A stretch of DNA of 64,000 bases. Origin: Rhodanobacter sp. (GTDB taxonomy: Bacteria > Pseudomonadota > Gammaproteobacteria > Xanthomonadales > Rhodanobacteraceae). The notes beneath the pieces are model-generated. The model saw nothing but the letters and a program-made list of their open reading frames with translations, was not told the DNA's origin and did no database searches. Position 1 is the first letter of the stretch. Each line of letters opens with the position of its first letter. The stretch spans positions 9,033 to 73,032 of the forward strand of contig SCRO01000023.1 of assembly GCA_004298505.1 (NCBI GenBank). The letters are read 5' to 3'. A program made the translations under genes and the position numbers. Below are positions 31,482-43,568 of the stretch, one piece after another.

Positions 31482-31490
31482 ACTTTTCAA

Positions 31491-32024
31491 TTAGCGCTTG
31501 CCGCCTGGCTTGGGCTGCGGCGCGTAGCCCAGTGCCACCCAATCCGGCACCAAGCGGGCACTCTCCACCATGGGGTGCCCGAACTCGAACGTCTTGTCCT
31601 CGCCTTCCAGTGCAATCTGACCGTCGCGCACCGAGACCAGTTTTCCGCGCAGGCGCCGGCGTCCTTCCAGCGGCGCCCGCAACAACACCTTCACTTCCTG
31701 TCCGACGGCCTTCGCGAACTGCCCCGCGTTAAACAGCGGCCGATCAATACCCGGCGAGGACACTTCCAGCACATAGTGGCCCGGGATCGGATCCTCGACG
31801 TCGAGCAAGGCGGACAGCTCGCGACTGGCCTTCTCGCAGTCCTCGATACCCACTTCGCGGCGCTCCGCGCCGACATCCGGGTCCGGTGCATCCTTGTCCA
31901 GCAGTTCCAGGTAGACGCGCAGGGTACTCTGCCCATGCGCCGGGATGAATTCCACCCCCAGGCATTCCAGACCCAGATCGGCCAATACCTCGTTGAAACG
32001 TTGTGCCAGTGCCTGTGTATCCAT
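31491..32024 (-). CDS. rimP: Ribosome maturation factor RimP
   Basis: [34 protein letters not shown]. Confidence 0.96.
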   Translation of the reverse strand: MDTQALAQRFNEVLADLGLECLGVEFIPAHGQSTLRVYLELLDKDAPDPDVGAERREVGIEDCEKASRELSALLDVEDPIPGHYVLEVSSPGIDRPLFNAGQFAKAVGQEVKVLLRAPLEGRRRLRGKLVSVRDGQIALEGEDKTFEFGHPMVESARLVPDWVALGYAPQPKPGGKR

Positions 32025-32163
32025 CAACTCACCTGAACCGGATCGCGCAAACAAAAAATGGGCTCCAACGGCCCATTTCCCTATCTCGCCGATGTTCCTT
32101 GCTCGTGCAGCCTCCCGCGTGCCACGCCCGCCATGCAGTGCGGCACCGCGCATCCTTGCAGCC

Positions 32164-32190
32164 AACAAAAAAGCCTCACAAGGAGGCTTT
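32164..32190 (-). terminator. Terminator/attenuator after tRNA-Met
   Basis: AAAGCCTC-cttgt-GAGGCTTT followed by TTTGTT on the minus strand. Confidence 0.75.
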
Positions 32191-32208
32191 CTTGCATCAA
32201 GAAAGATC

Positions 32209-32285
32209 TGGTAGCGGGGGCAGGATTCGAACCTGCGACCTTCGGGTTATGAGCCCGACGAGCTGCCAGACTGCTCCACCCCGCA
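32209..32285 (-). tRNA. Initiator tRNA-fMet(CAT)
   Basis: TGCGGGGTGGAGCAGTCTGGCAGCTCGTCGGGCTCATAACCCGAAGGTCGCAGGTTCGAATCCTGCCCCCGCTACCA; three G-C pairs in the anticodon stem, unpaired 1:72. Confidence 0.97.
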
Positions 32286-32298
32286 TCAGAGTTCGAGA

Positions 32299-32327
32299 AG
32301 TTTAGCGGGATGGTCGATTTCTTGCAA
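32299..32327 (-). promoter_or_regulatory. Sigma70-type promoter for tRNA-fMet/rimP-nusA-infB
   Basis: TTGCAA-17 bp-TAAACT. Confidence 0.7.
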
Positions 32328-32400
32328 GCACCTGAGGCTCAAGCCCTGGGGTGAGAACAAACGCAGCAACCGCCGCGCGCGGCGCAACCAGCGGCGACCA

Positions 32401-33855
32401 TCAGACGCCAAACGCGCGCTGACACCATCCCAGCAGCGGTCCCCAGTACAAGCCCAGCGCCAACAGCGCCAACCCGTTGACCGACAGCACGACCCGCAGC
32501 GACAGGTCGGCCTTCACCGCTACCACCGTACCTTCGTCCGGCTCGTCGAAGTACATGACCTTGATCACATACAGGTAGTAGTAAAGCCCGATGAAGGCGG
32601 CCACGATACCCACGATCGCCAGCCACAGCATGTTGGCGTGAATCGCCGCCTCAAGTACCAGTACCTTCGCCCAGAAGCCGAACAGCGGCGGCACGCCCGC
32701 CAGCGAGAACATCGCCAACAGCATGAGAAATGCCGTCCAGGGGGCCTTCTGGTTCAGACCCTTGAAATCGGTGATTTCCTCGCACTCGAATCCCGCGCGG
32801 GTCAGCGCCAGCATCACCCCGAAGGCCGCCAGGCCCATCAGCGCATAGGTGATCACGTAGAACAGACCGGCAGCGTAGCCTTCTGGCGTTGCGGCAGACA
32901 GCCCGAGCAGCACATAACCCATATGTGAAATGGTCGAATACGCCATCATCCGCTTGAAGTTGGTCTGCACGATGGCGACCAGGTTGCCGATCATCAACGA
33001 AGCAGTCGCCAGCGCCGCCAGCATGGGCTGCCAATACCGTGTTAGATCGCCCATGCCGGTCTCGAGGAGGCGCCAGGCCAGGCCGAACGCCGCCAGTTTC
33101 GACACGGCGGCGATGAACGTGGTCATCGGTGTCGGCGCGCCGTGATACACATCGGGCAGCCACATGTGGAACGGCGCGACGCCGAGCTCGAAGCCAATGC
33201 CGACCAGCATGAAGATCAGTCCGAACAACAACAGCTTCGGGGCGGTCGTATAGGCCATCACGTTGTGCAGTTGCGCCAGGTCGAGTGTGGGTGTGCCACC
33301 CATGCCGGACGCGCCGTATACCATCGACATGCCGTACAACAGCATGCCGGAGGCCAACGCGCTCAACACGAAATACTTGATCGCCGCTTCTGGCGGCAGC
33401 TTGGCATCGCGGTTCAGCGCCACCAGTGCATAGGACGACAGCGACAGCAGCGCCAGGCCCAGATACACGGTGACCAGGTTGCCGGCCGAAACCATTACCA
33501 TGACGCCGAGCACGGCGAAAATCATCAGCGTGTAGAACTCACCGCCAAGCATCCCGCGGTCGATCAGGTAAGGACGCGCATAGACGAACACCGTCGCCGT
33601 AATGCCCAGCGCGAAGACCTTAAGGATCTCCGCCAGATGGTCGCGCACGAACATGCCGTTGAATGCCGTCACGCTCTGGTCAGGCTGGCCGGCGATCACC
33701 AGGTAGATCGCCACCAGCAGCACGACGATCGCTATCCAGTGCAGCTGGGGACGCTGCGCCGGTTTCATGAAAGCGTCCAGCAGCAGGATCAGGCACACCG
33801 CCACCACCAGGTAGAGCTCCGGCAACAGGGTCAGGATGTCATTGAGAATGGGCAT
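32401..33855 (-). CDS. nuoN: NADH-quinone oxidoreductase subunit N
   Basis: EAAIKYFVL, APFHMWLPDVYHGAP, KRMMAYSTISH. Confidence 0.96.
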   Translation of the reverse strand: MPILNDILTLLPELYLVVAVCLILLLDAFMKPAQRPQLHWIAIVVLLVAIYLVIAGQPDQSVTAFNGMFVRDHLAEILKVFALGITATVFVYARPYLIDRGMLGGEFYTLMIFAVLGVMVMVSAGNLVTVYLGLALLSLSSYALVALNRDAKLPPEAAIKYFVLSALASGMLLYGMSMVYGASGMGGTPTLDLAQLHNVMAYTTAPKLLLFGLIFMLVGIGFELGVAPFHMWLPDVYHGAPTPMTTFIAAVSKLAAFGLAWRLLETGMGDLTRYWQPMLAALATASLMIGNLVAIVQTNFKRMMAYSTISHMGYVLLGLSAATPEGYAAGLFYVITYALMGLAAFGVMLALTRAGFECEEITDFKGLNQKAPWTAFLMLLAMFSLAGVPPLFGFWAKVLVLEAAIHANMLWLAIVGIVAAFIGLYYYLYVIKVMYFDEPDEGTVVAVKADLSLRVVLSVNGLALLALGLYWGPLLGWCQRAFGV

Positions 33856-33867
33856 GTTCGCTTCTGC

Positions 33868-35373
33868 TTAAATCTTGTGGACGGCGAGTTGCTGCACCAG
33901 GTGTGCCACCGAGCTGTCCATCAGATGGACCAGCGGTTGCGGCCATACGCCGATGGCCAAAACCCCGACGGCGAAGCCGACGAGCACCCAGGTCTCGCGA
34001 CCGTTGAGCGGGGACATGTGTTTGACGTGCTCAGTGGTTACCGGGCCCCACAGCACGCGCTTGACCAGCCACAAGGTGTAGCCGGCACCAATGATCAGCG
34101 TGAACGCGCAGAAGATGGCGATCCACGGGCTCGCGCTGAAGCTGGCCAGGATCACCATGAACTCACCCACGAAACCGCTGGTGCCCGGCAAGCCGGTGTT
34201 GGCCATCGCGAACAGCACGTAGAAGAAACCGAACCACGGCATCATGTTGATGACCCCGCCGTAGTCACTGATCTGTCGCGTATGGGTGCGGTCGTACATC
34301 ACCCCGATGCAGGTGAACATCGCGCCGGCAACGAAGCCGTGCGAGATCATCTGCACCAGCGCGCCCTGCAAGCCCAGGCTTGCCATCTCGATGTTGCCTG
34401 AGTCACGTACCAGCATGAAGGCCATGAAGATGCCCAGCGTGACAAAGCCCATGTGCGCCACGGACGAATACGCCACCAGTTTCTTCATGTCTGGCTGCAC
34501 CAGCGCCACGTAACCGATGTAGACGATGGCGACCAAGCTGAGCACGATGACAATCCACGCGAAGTGCGCGCCGGCATCGGGCGTGATCGGCAGGATGAAA
34601 CGCAACATCCCGTAGGTGCCGATCTTCAGCATCACCGCCGCCAGCCATACCGAACCGCCGGTGGGCGCCTCGACGTGGGCGTCGGGCAGCCAGGTATGCA
34701 CCGGCACCATCGGCACCTTGATCGCAAACGCGATCAGGAAGCCGAAGAACAACCAGGTCTGCTCCTTCATCGTCAACGGCAGCGCCGCCAGCGTGGCCAG
34801 GTCGAAGGTATGCGCCTTCTGATACAGGTACAGCAGCGCGATCAGCATGAAGACCGAGCCGGTGAACGTGTAGATGAAAAGCTTCAACGTCGCGTACACG
34901 CGTCGCGGCCCACCCCACATCCCGATCAGGATGTACATCGGAATCAGCACGGCCTCGAAGAACGCGTAGAAGACCAGCGCGTCGGTGGCGCAGAAGACAC
35001 CGATCAGCAAGCCTTCCAGCACCAACATGCAGGCCATGTACTGATGCGGCCGGTTCTGGATCACCTTCCACGCACCGCCTATGACGAGAATGCCGACGAA
35101 CGTCGTCATCAGGATCAACGCGACGGAAATGCCGTCCACGGCCAGCGTGAAGTGCACGCCCCAGGTGGCAATCCACACATGGGTCTCGGCCAGTTGCATC
35201 ACTGGTCCATTGGGGTCATAGCGCAACAACCACAAGCTGGCCACAAACGTCACGATGGTGATCAACAGGGCCAGCGAACGGGCGAGCATCGGGCGGGCCG
35301 AGCCGGCCAGCAACACCGGTATGGCGCCCACGATGGGCAGCCAGATCAGCAGGCTTAAAATATGATTGAACAT
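33868..35373 (-). CDS. nuoM: NADH-quinone oxidoreductase subunit M
   Basis: DGIS, FYAFFE, PVHTWLPDAHVEAPT, KKLVAYSSVAHMG, LPGTSGFVGEF. Confidence 0.97.
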   Translation of the reverse strand: MFNHILSLLIWLPIVGAIPVLLAGSARPMLARSLALLITIVTFVASLWLLRYDPNGPVMQLAETHVWIATWGVHFTLAVDGISVALILMTTFVGILVIGGAWKVIQNRPHQYMACMLVLEGLLIGVFCATDALVFYAFFEAVLIPMYILIGMWGGPRRVYATLKLFIYTFTGSVFMLIALLYLYQKAHTFDLATLAALPLTMKEQTWLFFGFLIAFAIKVPMVPVHTWLPDAHVEAPTGGSVWLAAVMLKIGTYGMLRFILPITPDAGAHFAWIVIVLSLVAIVYIGYVALVQPDMKKLVAYSSVAHMGFVTLGIFMAFMLVRDSGNIEMASLGLQGALVQMISHGFVAGAMFTCIGVMYDRTHTRQISDYGGVINMMPWFGFFYVLFAMANTGLPGTSGFVGEFMVILASFSASPWIAIFCAFTLIIGAGYTLWLVKRVLWGPVTTEHVKHMSPLNGRETWVLVGFAVGVLAIGVWPQPLVHLMDSSVAHLVQQLAVHKI

Positions 35374-35387
35374 GGAGCCTGCTTCCC

Positions 35388-37412
35388 CTAATTCCCGAAC
35401 AGTCGATAGCCACCAAACAGCACGATCACGCCGACGATCATCGCGAACGCATAGTGGTAGAGATAGCCAGTCTGCAGCCGCCGCAGCAACGCTGCCGTAC
35501 GGTGCACCATGCGTACCGAGCCGTTCACCGCCACGCCATCGATCGCGCCGGCGTCACTGAACTTCCAGAACAGGCGGCCCATCTTGACGCCGCCGCTGGC
35601 AAACAAGGCGTACTCCACTTCGTCTACCCAGTATTTGCGGTCGAGTACCGCCCACAGTGGCTTCAGTGCGTTCTTGATGCGATCGGCCATCGACGGATTG
35701 AACACATAGACATAGGTGCAGATCACGAACGCGGCCACCATGAGCCAGAACGGCAACCCCGTGAAACCTTCCCAGCCCATCGCCATGGCTCCGTGGAAAT
35801 GCGGGGCGAGCGCGGCCAGTACGTCGTTCGTTTGCTTGACGTGAATGGATCCGCCGAACCAGTTGCCGTACAGCAGCGGTCCAATCGTCAGGTAGCCGAT
35901 CAGCAGTGACGGAATGGCCAACGCCACCAGCGGTACAGTAACGACCCATGGCGACTCCTTTGGCGGATGCGCCAATACGCCCGGCGGCAGCTCGTGATGC
36001 TCGTCGGCATGGCCATGCTGCTCGATCACCTTGAACCGCTCCTTGCCATGAAAGGTCAGATACATCTGGCGGAAGGTATACAGACCGGTCACTAGCACGC
36101 CGGCCATGACGCAGAAGTAGGCGTAATGCGCGCCCCAGCGATGCGACTCACCCACCGCCTCGATGATCGCGTCCTTCGAATAGAAGCCCGAGGTAAACGG
36201 GACCGCCACCAGCGCGAACGAGCCCGCCCACATCGTGATCCAGGTGATCGGCATGTACTTGCGCAGGCCGCCCATGTAGCGCATGTCCTGCTCGTGGTGC
36301 ATCGCGATGATCACCGAGCCGGCACCCAGGAACAGCAGCGCCTTGAAGAACGCATGCGTCATCAGGTGGAACACCGCGCCCGAGTACATCGACACGCCCA
36401 GCGCCACCGTCATGTAACCCAGCTGCGACAACGTGGAATATGCAATGACGCGCTTGATATCGTTCTGCACGATGCCGATCAGGCCGGTGAACAAGGCTGT
36501 CGTGGCGCCGATCACCAACACGAAGCTCAGCGCCGTCGATGACAACTCGAACAAGGGCGACATGCGCGCCACCATGAAGATGCCGGCGGTGACCATGGTC
36601 GCGGCGTGGATCAGCGCCGAGATCGGGGTCGGGCCTTCCATCGAATCGGGCAGCCACACATGCAGCGGCACCTGGGCCGATTTACCCATCGCACCGATGA
36701 ACAGCAGGATCGAGATCACCGTCGCCGCGTCCCACTGCGTGTTTGCCGTGATCTGCAGGTGCTGCCCGATCAGGGTCGGAGCCGCGTTAAAGGCGGCGGC
36801 GTAATCCAGCGTATGCAGGAAGGTCAGTACCGCCGCAATGCCGAGCAGGAAGCCGAAATCGCCCACGCGGTTGACCATGAATGCCTTCAGGTTGGCGAAG
36901 ATCGCGGTCGGCCGTTTGTACCAGAAGCCAATCAGCAGGTAGGACACCAGGCCGACCGCTTCCCAGCCGAAGAACAGCTGCATGAAGTTGTTACTCATCA
37001 CCAGCATGAACATCGAGAAGGTGAACAGCGAGATGTAGCTGAAGAAGCGCGTGTAGCCCGGATCGTCGCGCATGTAACCGATGGTGTACAGATGCACCAC
37101 GAGCGACACGAAGCCCACTACCACCAGCATCATCGCGGTCAGGCGATCGACCATGAAACCGACGCTGGCGTTGATGTGGCCAATCTGGAACCAGGTGTAG
37201 ATGTTCTGGTTGTAGTTTTCCGCGCCGCCAAGTGCCAGCTGGTACAGCACGTGGAACGACAGCACGACTGACACCACCATGCCGGCGATGGTGAGACTGT
37301 GCGCGGCGGTGCGACCGGCGCGGCCCAGAAACGGGCTGAGGAACCCGGCCAGCAGACAACCGACCAGCGGTGCCAGCACGATGATCAACAGGACGCTTGT
37401 GGAAAGACCCAT
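35388..37412 (-). CDS. nuoL: NADH-quinone oxidoreductase subunit L
   Basis: GKSAQVPLHVWLPDSMEGPTPISALIHAATMV, THAFFKALLFL. Confidence 0.98.
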   Translation of the reverse strand: MGLSTSVLLIIVLAPLVGCLLAGFLSPFLGRAGRTAAHSLTIAGMVVSVVLSFHVLYQLALGGAENYNQNIYTWFQIGHINASVGFMVDRLTAMMLVVVGFVSLVVHLYTIGYMRDDPGYTRFFSYISLFTFSMFMLVMSNNFMQLFFGWEAVGLVSYLLIGFWYKRPTAIFANLKAFMVNRVGDFGFLLGIAAVLTFLHTLDYAAAFNAAPTLIGQHLQITANTQWDAATVISILLFIGAMGKSAQVPLHVWLPDSMEGPTPISALIHAATMVTAGIFMVARMSPLFELSSTALSFVLVIGATTALFTGLIGIVQNDIKRVIAYSTLSQLGYMTVALGVSMYSGAVFHLMTHAFFKALLFLGAGSVIIAMHHEQDMRYMGGLRKYMPITWITMWAGSFALVAVPFTSGFYSKDAIIEAVGESHRWGAHYAYFCVMAGVLVTGLYTFRQMYLTFHGKERFKVIEQHGHADEHHELPPGVLAHPPKESPWVVTVPLVALAIPSLLIGYLTIGPLLYGNWFGGSIHVKQTNDVLAALAPHFHGAMAMGWEGFTGLPFWLMVAAFVICTYVYVFNPSMADRIKNALKPLWAVLDRKYWVDEVEYALFASGGVKMGRLFWKFSDAGAIDGVAVNGSVRMVHRTAALLRRLQTGYLYHYAFAMIVGVIVLFGGYRLFGN

Positions 37413-37416
37413 GGGT

Positions 37417-37722
37417 TCAGCCCTTCATGCTGTTGATGTCGGCGATATTGATCGTGCTGCGCGTGCGGAACAGCAGGACCAGGATCGCCAGGCCGACGGC
37501 AGCTTCCGCCGCAGCCACGGTGAGGATGAAAAACACGAAGACCTGCCCCGAGACGTCGCCGAGGAAGCGCGAGAACGCCACGAAGTTCATGTTCACGGCG
37601 AGCAGCATCAGTTCGATCGACATCAGCAGCACGATCACGTTCTTGCGGTTGATGAACAAGCCGGCGACGGCGATGCAGAACAGCACCGCACCAAGCACGA
37701 TGTAGTGTGCGAGCGAAATCAT
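37417..37722 (-). CDS. nuoK: NADH-quinone oxidoreductase subunit K
   Basis: [27 protein letters not shown]. Confidence 0.97.
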   Translation of the reverse strand: MISLAHYIVLGAVLFCIAVAGLFINRKNVIVLLMSIELMLLAVNMNFVAFSRFLGDVSGQVFVFFILTVAAAEAAVGLAILVLLFRTRSTINIADINSMKG

Positions 37723-38378
37723 GGTTGCGGTTCTCCTGGGGTGTTTTCGCTCGTGGCAGCGGATGGTTCGGGGCGCACGGCAGCCATCTTCACGAGGCGT
37801 ACCCGGTCGCGTGGATTGACCCTGACCTGACGGCTGGCCGACTCGTAGCGCGCATCGCTGCGCTCGCGCAAGGTCAGCGCAACAGCTGCCACCAGACCCA
37901 CCGTGAGGATCAACGCGGCAACCTCGAACGGCAGCAGGAACTTCGTGTACAGCGCCTGGCCCAGCCACGCCGTATTGGATACTCCAGCAGCCGTGGCCGG
38001 GTTCGCGCCAAGTCCCTGGGCATGCATGGTTCGCACGCCGATCAAGCCCACCATCTCGACCAGCATCACCACCGCCACGATCACACCGACCGGCAGGAAC
38101 TTGACGAAACCCTCGTGCATCTTCTCCAGATCGATATCGAGCATCATCACCACGAACAGAAACAGCACCATCACCGCGCCGACGTAGACCACCACCAAGG
38201 CGAGTGCCAGGAACTCCGCGTCCAGCAGTATCCACAGGCAGGCCGCACTGAAGAACGTGAGGACCAGCGCGAGCACCGCATGCACGGTGTTCTTCAGCGT
38301 GATGACCGACAGCGCTGCGACCACGGCAACGAAGCTGAAGGCATAGAAACAGATGAGTTGCAGCGTTTGGGGATTCAT
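37719..38378 (-). CDS. nuoJ: NADH-quinone oxidoreductase subunit J
   Basis: [22 protein letters not shown]-like [13 protein letters not shown]. Confidence 0.96.
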   Translation of the reverse strand: MNPQTLQLICFYAFSFVAVVAALSVITLKNTVHAVLALVLTFFSAACLWILLDAEFLALALVVVYVGAVMVLFLFVVMMLDIDLEKMHEGFVKFLPVGVIVAVVMLVEMVGLIGVRTMHAQGLGANPATAAGVSNTAWLGQALYTKFLLPFEVAALILTVGLVAAVALTLRERSDARYESASRQVRVNPRDRVRLVKMAAVRPEPSAATSENTPGEPQP

Positions 38379-38387
38379 CGCGAGGCC

Positions 38388-38876
38388 TCAGCGGTACGGT
38401 GCATCTTGCACACGGTCAGCGGCGATCTGTTGCTCGAAGCGGTCACCGATGGCGAGCAACTGCGGCTTGGTCACCACGTTCTCGCCACGGTGCTCGAAGT
38501 GGTACTCGTGGATCGAGGTCTCGACGATCGAGTCGACCGGACAGCTCTCCTCGCAGAAGCCGCAATAGATACACTTGAACAGGTCGATCTCGTAACGGGT
38601 CGTGCGCCGGGTACCGTCTTCGCGCAGGTGCGAATCGATGGTGATCGCCAGCGCCGGACACACGGCCTCACACAACTTGCAGGCAATGCAACGCTCCTCG
38701 CCGTTCGCATAGCGGCGCAGCGCATGCAGGCCGCGGAAACGGTTCGATTTGGGGATGTGCTCCATCGGGTACTGCATCGTGTACTTCGGCTTGAACAGGT
38801 AGCGCAGCGTCACGCCCATTCCCTGGAACAGCTCGATCAGCAGCAGGCTCCTGAAATAACGGGTTATCGAACTCAT
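38388..38876 (-). CDS. nuoI: NADH-quinone oxidoreductase subunit I
   Basis: Two CxxCxxCxxxCP motifs, FRGLHAL. Confidence 0.98.
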   Translation of the reverse strand: MSSITRYFRSLLLIELFQGMGVTLRYLFKPKYTMQYPMEHIPKSNRFRGLHALRRYANGEERCIACKLCEAVCPALAITIDSHLREDGTRRTTRYEIDLFKCIYCGFCEESCPVDSIVETSIHEYHFEHRGENVVTKPQLLAIGDRFEQQIAADRVQDAPYR

Positions 38877-38879
38877 GGC

Positions 38880-39932
38880 TTACCCTCCCATGCCGGTGGT
38901 GACCACGCCGTAATACTTCAGCAGGCCAGCGACGAACACCCAGGCAATCGCAATGGGAATGAACACCTTCCAGCCCAGCCGCATGATCTGGTCGTAGCGA
39001 TAGCGTGGAAACGTCGCACGGAACCACAGGAACAGGAACGACATCAGGAACGCCTTGATGAACAGCCAGATGAACCCACCGGTCCAGATCCAGTTGATCC
39101 AGCCGGGTGCATCGGCATGGACCCACCCCTGCAGCGGGCTGAACCAGCCGCCGAGAAAAAAGATCGCCGACAGGAAACTGACCAGGATCAGGTTGGCGTA
39201 TTCGGCCAGGAAGAACAGCGCAAAGGCCGAACCGGAATATTCCACGTGGAAGCCGGCGACGATTTCCGATTCGCCCTCGGCCATGTCAAAGGGCAACCGA
39301 TTGGTTTCGGCGACGCCCGAGATGAAGTAGATGACGAACACCGGCAGCAGGGGCAGCCAGAACCAGTCGAAAAATCCCTTGCTGCCGGCCTGGGCATTGA
39401 CGATGTCGCTGAGGTTCAGACTGCCGGCCAGCACCAGCACGCAGACCAGACACAGACCCATCGCAAGCTCGTAGGAGATCATCTGCGCCGTCGCACGCAT
39501 CGCACCGAGCATCGCGTAGCGCGAATTCGATGCCCAGCCGGCGAGCATGGTGCCGTATACGCCCAGCGAGGTCATTGCCAGCAGATAGAGGATACCGGCA
39601 TTGGCATTGGACAACACCATCTTGCCGCTGAACGGGATCACCGCCCAGGCTGCCAGCGCCGGTACCAGCGCAATCATCGGCGCCATGAAATACAGGAAAC
39701 GGTTGGCTTTGGTCGGCAGGATCACTTCCTTGACCAGCAGCTTCACCACGTCGGCGAACGCCTGCAGTACCCCGGCCGGGCCGATCTTGTTCGGCCCCAG
39801 TCGCACATGCATCCAGCCGATGACCTTGCGCTCCCAGTACACGAACATCGCCACGGCGAGCACCAGCGGCAACACGATGCACAGGATGTAGATCAGCGGC
39901 CACAAGACCTGGTTGATGAGTTGATCAGCCAT
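38880..39932 (-). CDS. nuoH: NADH-quinone oxidoreductase subunit H
   Basis: [42 protein letters not shown]. Confidence 0.98.
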   Translation of the reverse strand: MADQLINQVLWPLIYILCIVLPLVLAVAMFVYWERKVIGWMHVRLGPNKIGPAGVLQAFADVVKLLVKEVILPTKANRFLYFMAPMIALVPALAAWAVIPFSGKMVLSNANAGILYLLAMTSLGVYGTMLAGWASNSRYAMLGAMRATAQMISYELAMGLCLVCVLVLAGSLNLSDIVNAQAGSKGFFDWFWLPLLPVFVIYFISGVAETNRLPFDMAEGESEIVAGFHVEYSGSAFALFFLAEYANLILVSFLSAIFFLGGWFSPLQGWVHADAPGWINWIWTGGFIWLFIKAFLMSFLFLWFRATFPRYRYDQIMRLGWKVFIPIAIAWVFVAGLLKYYGVVTTGMGG

Positions 39933-39936
39933 GATG

Positions 39937-42261
39937 CTATGCCTTGCTCAAGGTGATGGCCGCGCCGTACGGTGGCAGCGTGGCGGTGAGGTCCTGGGCC
40001 GCTTCAATCCACACGGCACGATCGGGCACGGCCACGTCGATCAGCACGGGAAGCAGCACGTCGTGCAGACGTACCTCATCGCCGGCTGCCAGCCCCATCC
40101 GTGCGGCCTCGTCTGCATTCAGGCGCACCGCGGGTGCGCGATTGAGAGGGTGCGCGTTCAGCGCGGTTGCACGCCGCAACACGGCGTCACCGCGATAGAT
40201 CGGCCAGGTGGCAATCCGGGTCAGCCCGTCAACTGCCGTGCGTGTGGCCAGACCGCTCGCCGCGGGCATCGCAGGTTCCCTGATGCCCTCGCGCAGTCCG
40301 GCGAGGTCGTCGAATTCGAAACCAGCCAGTTGCAGTGCGCCGCCCAGTGCACGCAGCACCCTCCAGCCTGGTCTGGCCTGTCCCGGCGCCTTGGCACCTG
40401 CCGCCACACCCTGTGCCAGGCCATCCACATTGATCAGGGTGGCGTCGATTTCCGGAAGCAAGGCGATCGGCAGAATCACGTCGGCCACGTCACGCAGCGC
40501 GGCACCGGCATAGGCACTGAACGCCACCACCCGGTCGGCTGCGCGCAACGCCTTCAGCGCCAGGCTACCGTCGGCGAAATCATACGGCGGTTCGACGCCA
40601 TACAGCACATAACTCTTGCGTGGCTGCGCCAGCATGGCCTGCGCATCCAGCCCGCCATCGCCTGGAAGGATGCCGAGGCGACCCAGGCCGATGGCGTTCG
40701 CACCAACCGGCAGCTCGTCGTAGCCGGCACCGGTAGCCTCGGCAATGAACCGCGCAATGGCACGCAACCAGGAAGCCTGTGGATGGGTTACCGCAGCCGC
40801 GCCGAGCATGATCACCGACTTGCCCGACTGCAACGCTTCAATCGCGTCGCGGTCGCCCTGGTCGCTCTGCGCGGCGTTGATTGCATCGGCCAACGCCGCC
40901 GGCGCCGCAGCACCTGCCGACGTAGCAGCGCTGGCCAGCGCCAGCAAGGCGTCGACAAGCGCCGGCGGCGCCACGATCGCCTCACCCGCCAACCGGTAAT
41001 TGAAGTCAAAATGCACCGGATTGACCGCGTAGATCTGCGCACCATGCTTGGTCGCCTCGAACACGCGATGGTTCAGCAACGGCATTTCCTGGCGCAGATC
41101 GCAACCCACCAGCAAAGCCGACTTGATTGCGCTGATTTCGGCCACCGGCAGCGTGAACGGCCGCGCCACGGCATGATCCGCAAAATCCAGCTGGCGCACG
41201 CGATGATCGATATGCGCACTGCCCAGGCCGCGGGCCAGTCGCAGCAGCAGATCGCCTTCCTCGTTCGAGGTGGCCGGGTGCACCAGGATGCCGATCTCGT
41301 TGCCGGGTACCTGCTTCAACACGTTACCGGCAAACGACAAGGCGTCATCCCAGGTCGTGGTTTGCCACTTGCCGTCGCGTTTCACTTGCGGAGCGTGCAG
41401 CCGATCTTCGGCATACATGCCTTGGTGGCTGTAGCGATCGCGGTCGGAGAGCCAGCACTCGTTGACCGCCTCGTTGTCGCGCGGCACCGTGCGCAGCACC
41501 TCGCCGCGGCGCGTGTGCAGCCACAGGTTGGAACCCAGCGCGTCGTGGTAACCGATCGACGGCTTGGCGATCAGCTCCCAGGCACGGGCCTTGAACTGGA
41601 ACACCTTATCGGTCAAGGCGCCGACCGGGCATACGTCGATGATGTTGCCGGATAGCTCACTGTCAATGTTCTTGCCGATATAGGTGCCGACCACCATGTC
41701 CTCGGTGCGCCCCATGGCGCCGAACTCGGGGCTGCCGGCGACCTCATTGAGCACACGGATGCAGCGCGTGCAGTGAATGCAGCGCGTCATGTACGTCTTC
41801 ACCAGCGGCCCGATGTTCTCGTCGGCCACTGCACGCTTGCGCTCGGTGAAGCGCGACACGCTGCGACCGAAACCCAGTGACAGATCCTGCAGCTCGCACT
41901 CGCCGCCCTGGTCGCAGACCGGGCAATCCAGCGGATGATTGATCAGCAGGAATTCCATGACGTCGCGCTGGTATTGCAACGCCAGCCTGGAACGCGTCTG
42001 CACCTTCATGCCCTCGGTAACCGGCGTGGCGCACGCCGGCAGACCCTTGGGTACCGGGCGGCCACCCATTTCCACCTCGACCATGCACATACGGCAGTTG
42101 GCAGCGATCGCCAGCTTGCGGTGGTAACAGAAACGCGGGATCACAATACCGGCCTGGTCGGCGGCCTGAATGATCATCGAGCCTTTCGGCGCCTGCATCG
42201 CCTTGCCGTCGATCTCGATGTTGACCATGTCGGTCGCGTTGCTGGTTGGCTGCGCACTCAT
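39937..42261 (-). CDS. nuoG: NADH-quinone oxidoreductase subunit G
   Basis: [42 protein letters not shown]. Confidence 0.97.
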   Translation of the reverse strand: MSAQPTSNATDMVNIEIDGKAMQAPKGSMIIQAADQAGIVIPRFCYHRKLAIAANCRMCMVEVEMGGRPVPKGLPACATPVTEGMKVQTRSRLALQYQRDVMEFLLINHPLDCPVCDQGGECELQDLSLGFGRSVSRFTERKRAVADENIGPLVKTYMTRCIHCTRCIRVLNEVAGSPEFGAMGRTEDMVVGTYIGKNIDSELSGNIIDVCPVGALTDKVFQFKARAWELIAKPSIGYHDALGSNLWLHTRRGEVLRTVPRDNEAVNECWLSDRDRYSHQGMYAEDRLHAPQVKRDGKWQTTTWDDALSFAGNVLKQVPGNEIGILVHPATSNEEGDLLLRLARGLGSAHIDHRVRQLDFADHAVARPFTLPVAEISAIKSALLVGCDLRQEMPLLNHRVFEATKHGAQIYAVNPVHFDFNYRLAGEAIVAPPALVDALLALASAATSAGAAAPAALADAINAAQSDQGDRDAIEALQSGKSVIMLGAAAVTHPQASWLRAIARFIAEATGAGYDELPVGANAIGLGRLGILPGDGGLDAQAMLAQPRKSYVLYGVEPPYDFADGSLALKALRAADRVVAFSAYAGAALRDVADVILPIALLPEIDATLINVDGLAQGVAAGAKAPGQARPGWRVLRALGGALQLAGFEFDDLAGLREGIREPAMPAASGLATRTAVDGLTRIATWPIYRGDAVLRRATALNAHPLNRAPAVRLNADEAARMGLAAGDEVRLHDVLLPVLIDVAVPDRAVWIEAAQDLTATLPPYGAAITLSKA

Positions 42262-43568
42262 GCCGTTACTTCCTCATGCGAATCCACGATCGAGCGACCG
42301 TGGCGCACGTAGTATTCGAACTCGTCCCAGAACCGCGCCAGGAACCCCTGTACCGGCCAGGCTGCGGCCTCGCCGAACGCACAGATGGTGTGACCTTCGA
42401 TCTCGCCGGCGATCGCCTTCAGCCGATGCAGGTCGTCCTCGGTGCCCTTGCCCTCGACGATGCGCGTCAACACGCGATACATCCAGCCGGTGCCCTCGCG
42501 GCATGGTGTGCACTGGCCACAGGACTCGGCCCGGTAGAATCGCGAAATGCGCTGGCACACCCTGACCATGCAGGTGGTCTCATCCATCACGATCACGGCG
42601 CCCGAACCCAGCCCCGAACCCGCCTTCTGCAGGCAGTCGTAGTCCATCGTGCTCTCGAGCATGATGTCGGCCGGCAGCACCTTCATCGATGATCCACCGG
42701 GAATCACCGCCTTCAGCTTGTGCCCGTGGCGTACACCACCGGCCATCGCCAGCAGATCCCTGAATGGCGTACCCAGCCGCACCTCGAAGTTTCCGGGATG
42801 GTTGACGTGCCCGGAGACAGAAAAAATCTTGGGTCCGCCGTTGTTCGGCTTGCCCAGATTGAGGAACCAGTCGGCGCCGTTGCGGATGATCGCCGGCACC
42901 GACGCGTAGGTTTCGGTGTTGTTGATCGTGGTCGGCTTGCCGTACAGGCCGAAATTGGCCGGGAACGGCGGCTTGAACCGCGGCATGCCCTTCTTGCCTT
43001 CCAGCGACTCCATCATCGCGGTTTCTTCGCCGCAGATGTAGGCGCCCGCACCGAGGGCAGCATGGATGTCGACGTCGATGCCGCTGCCCTGGATGTTCGA
43101 ACCCAGCAACCCGGCGGCGTAGGCTTCGGCCAATGCCGCCTCGAAATGCTCGAACGGCTCGTGATGAAATTCGCCACGCAGGTAGTTGTAGGCGACTTTC
43201 GTGCCGGTGCAGTAGCACGCGATCGCCAGACCCTCGATCACCGCATGCGGGTTGTAGCGCAGGATGTCGCGATCCTTGGCCGTACCCGGTTCGGATTCGT
43301 CCGAGTTGCACAGGATGTATTTCTGCGTGTCGCCCTTGGGCATGAACGACCACTTCAACCCGGTCGGAAAGCCGGCACCGCCGCGTCCGCGCAGGCTGCT
43401 CTTCTTCACCTCATCGACCAGGGCAGCCGGATCGGGCTTGTCGGCGAGAATCTTCCGCCATGCCTTGTAGCCATCGACCTTTTCGTAGCTGTCCATGGCC
43501 CACGGCTTGTCAAAATGCAAGGTCGTGTAGACGACCTGGTGTTCCTGGGGTGCGGGTCCGACGGCCAT
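42258..43568 (-). CDS. nuoF: NADH-quinone oxidoreductase subunit F
   Basis: LRGRGGAGFPTG, DESEPG, GAGAYICGEET, ESCGQCTPCREG. Confidence 0.98.
   Translation of the reverse strand: MAVGPAPQEHQVVYTTLHFDKPWAMDSYEKVDGYKAWRKILADKPDPAALVDEVKKSSLRGRGGAGFPTGLKWSFMPKGDTQKYILCNSDESEPGTAKDRDILRYNPHAVIEGLAIACYCTGTKVAYNYLRGEFHHEPFEHFEAALAEAYAAGLLGSNIQGSGIDVDIHAALGAGAYICGEETAMMESLEGKKGMPRFKPPFPANFGLYGKPTTINNTETYASVPAIIRNGADWFLNLGKPNNGGPKIFSVSGHVNHPGNFEVRLGTPFRDLLAMAGGVRHGHKLKAVIPGGSSMKVLPADIMLESTMDYDCLQKAGSGLGSGAVIVMDETTCMVRVCQRISRFYRAESCGQCTPCREGTGWMYRVLTRIVEGKGTEDDLHRLKAIAGEIEGHTICAFGEAAAWPVQGFLARFWDEFEYYVRHGRSIVDSHEEVTA

Noticed and set aside
32209-32285. Defective tRNA-Met (U1:U72 unpaired)
   Set aside because: An unpaired 1:72 is a normal identity feature of bacterial initiator tRNA.
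37707-39956. 749-aa antisense ORF across nuoJ, nuoI and nuoH
   Set aside because: Same-register shadow of three genes.
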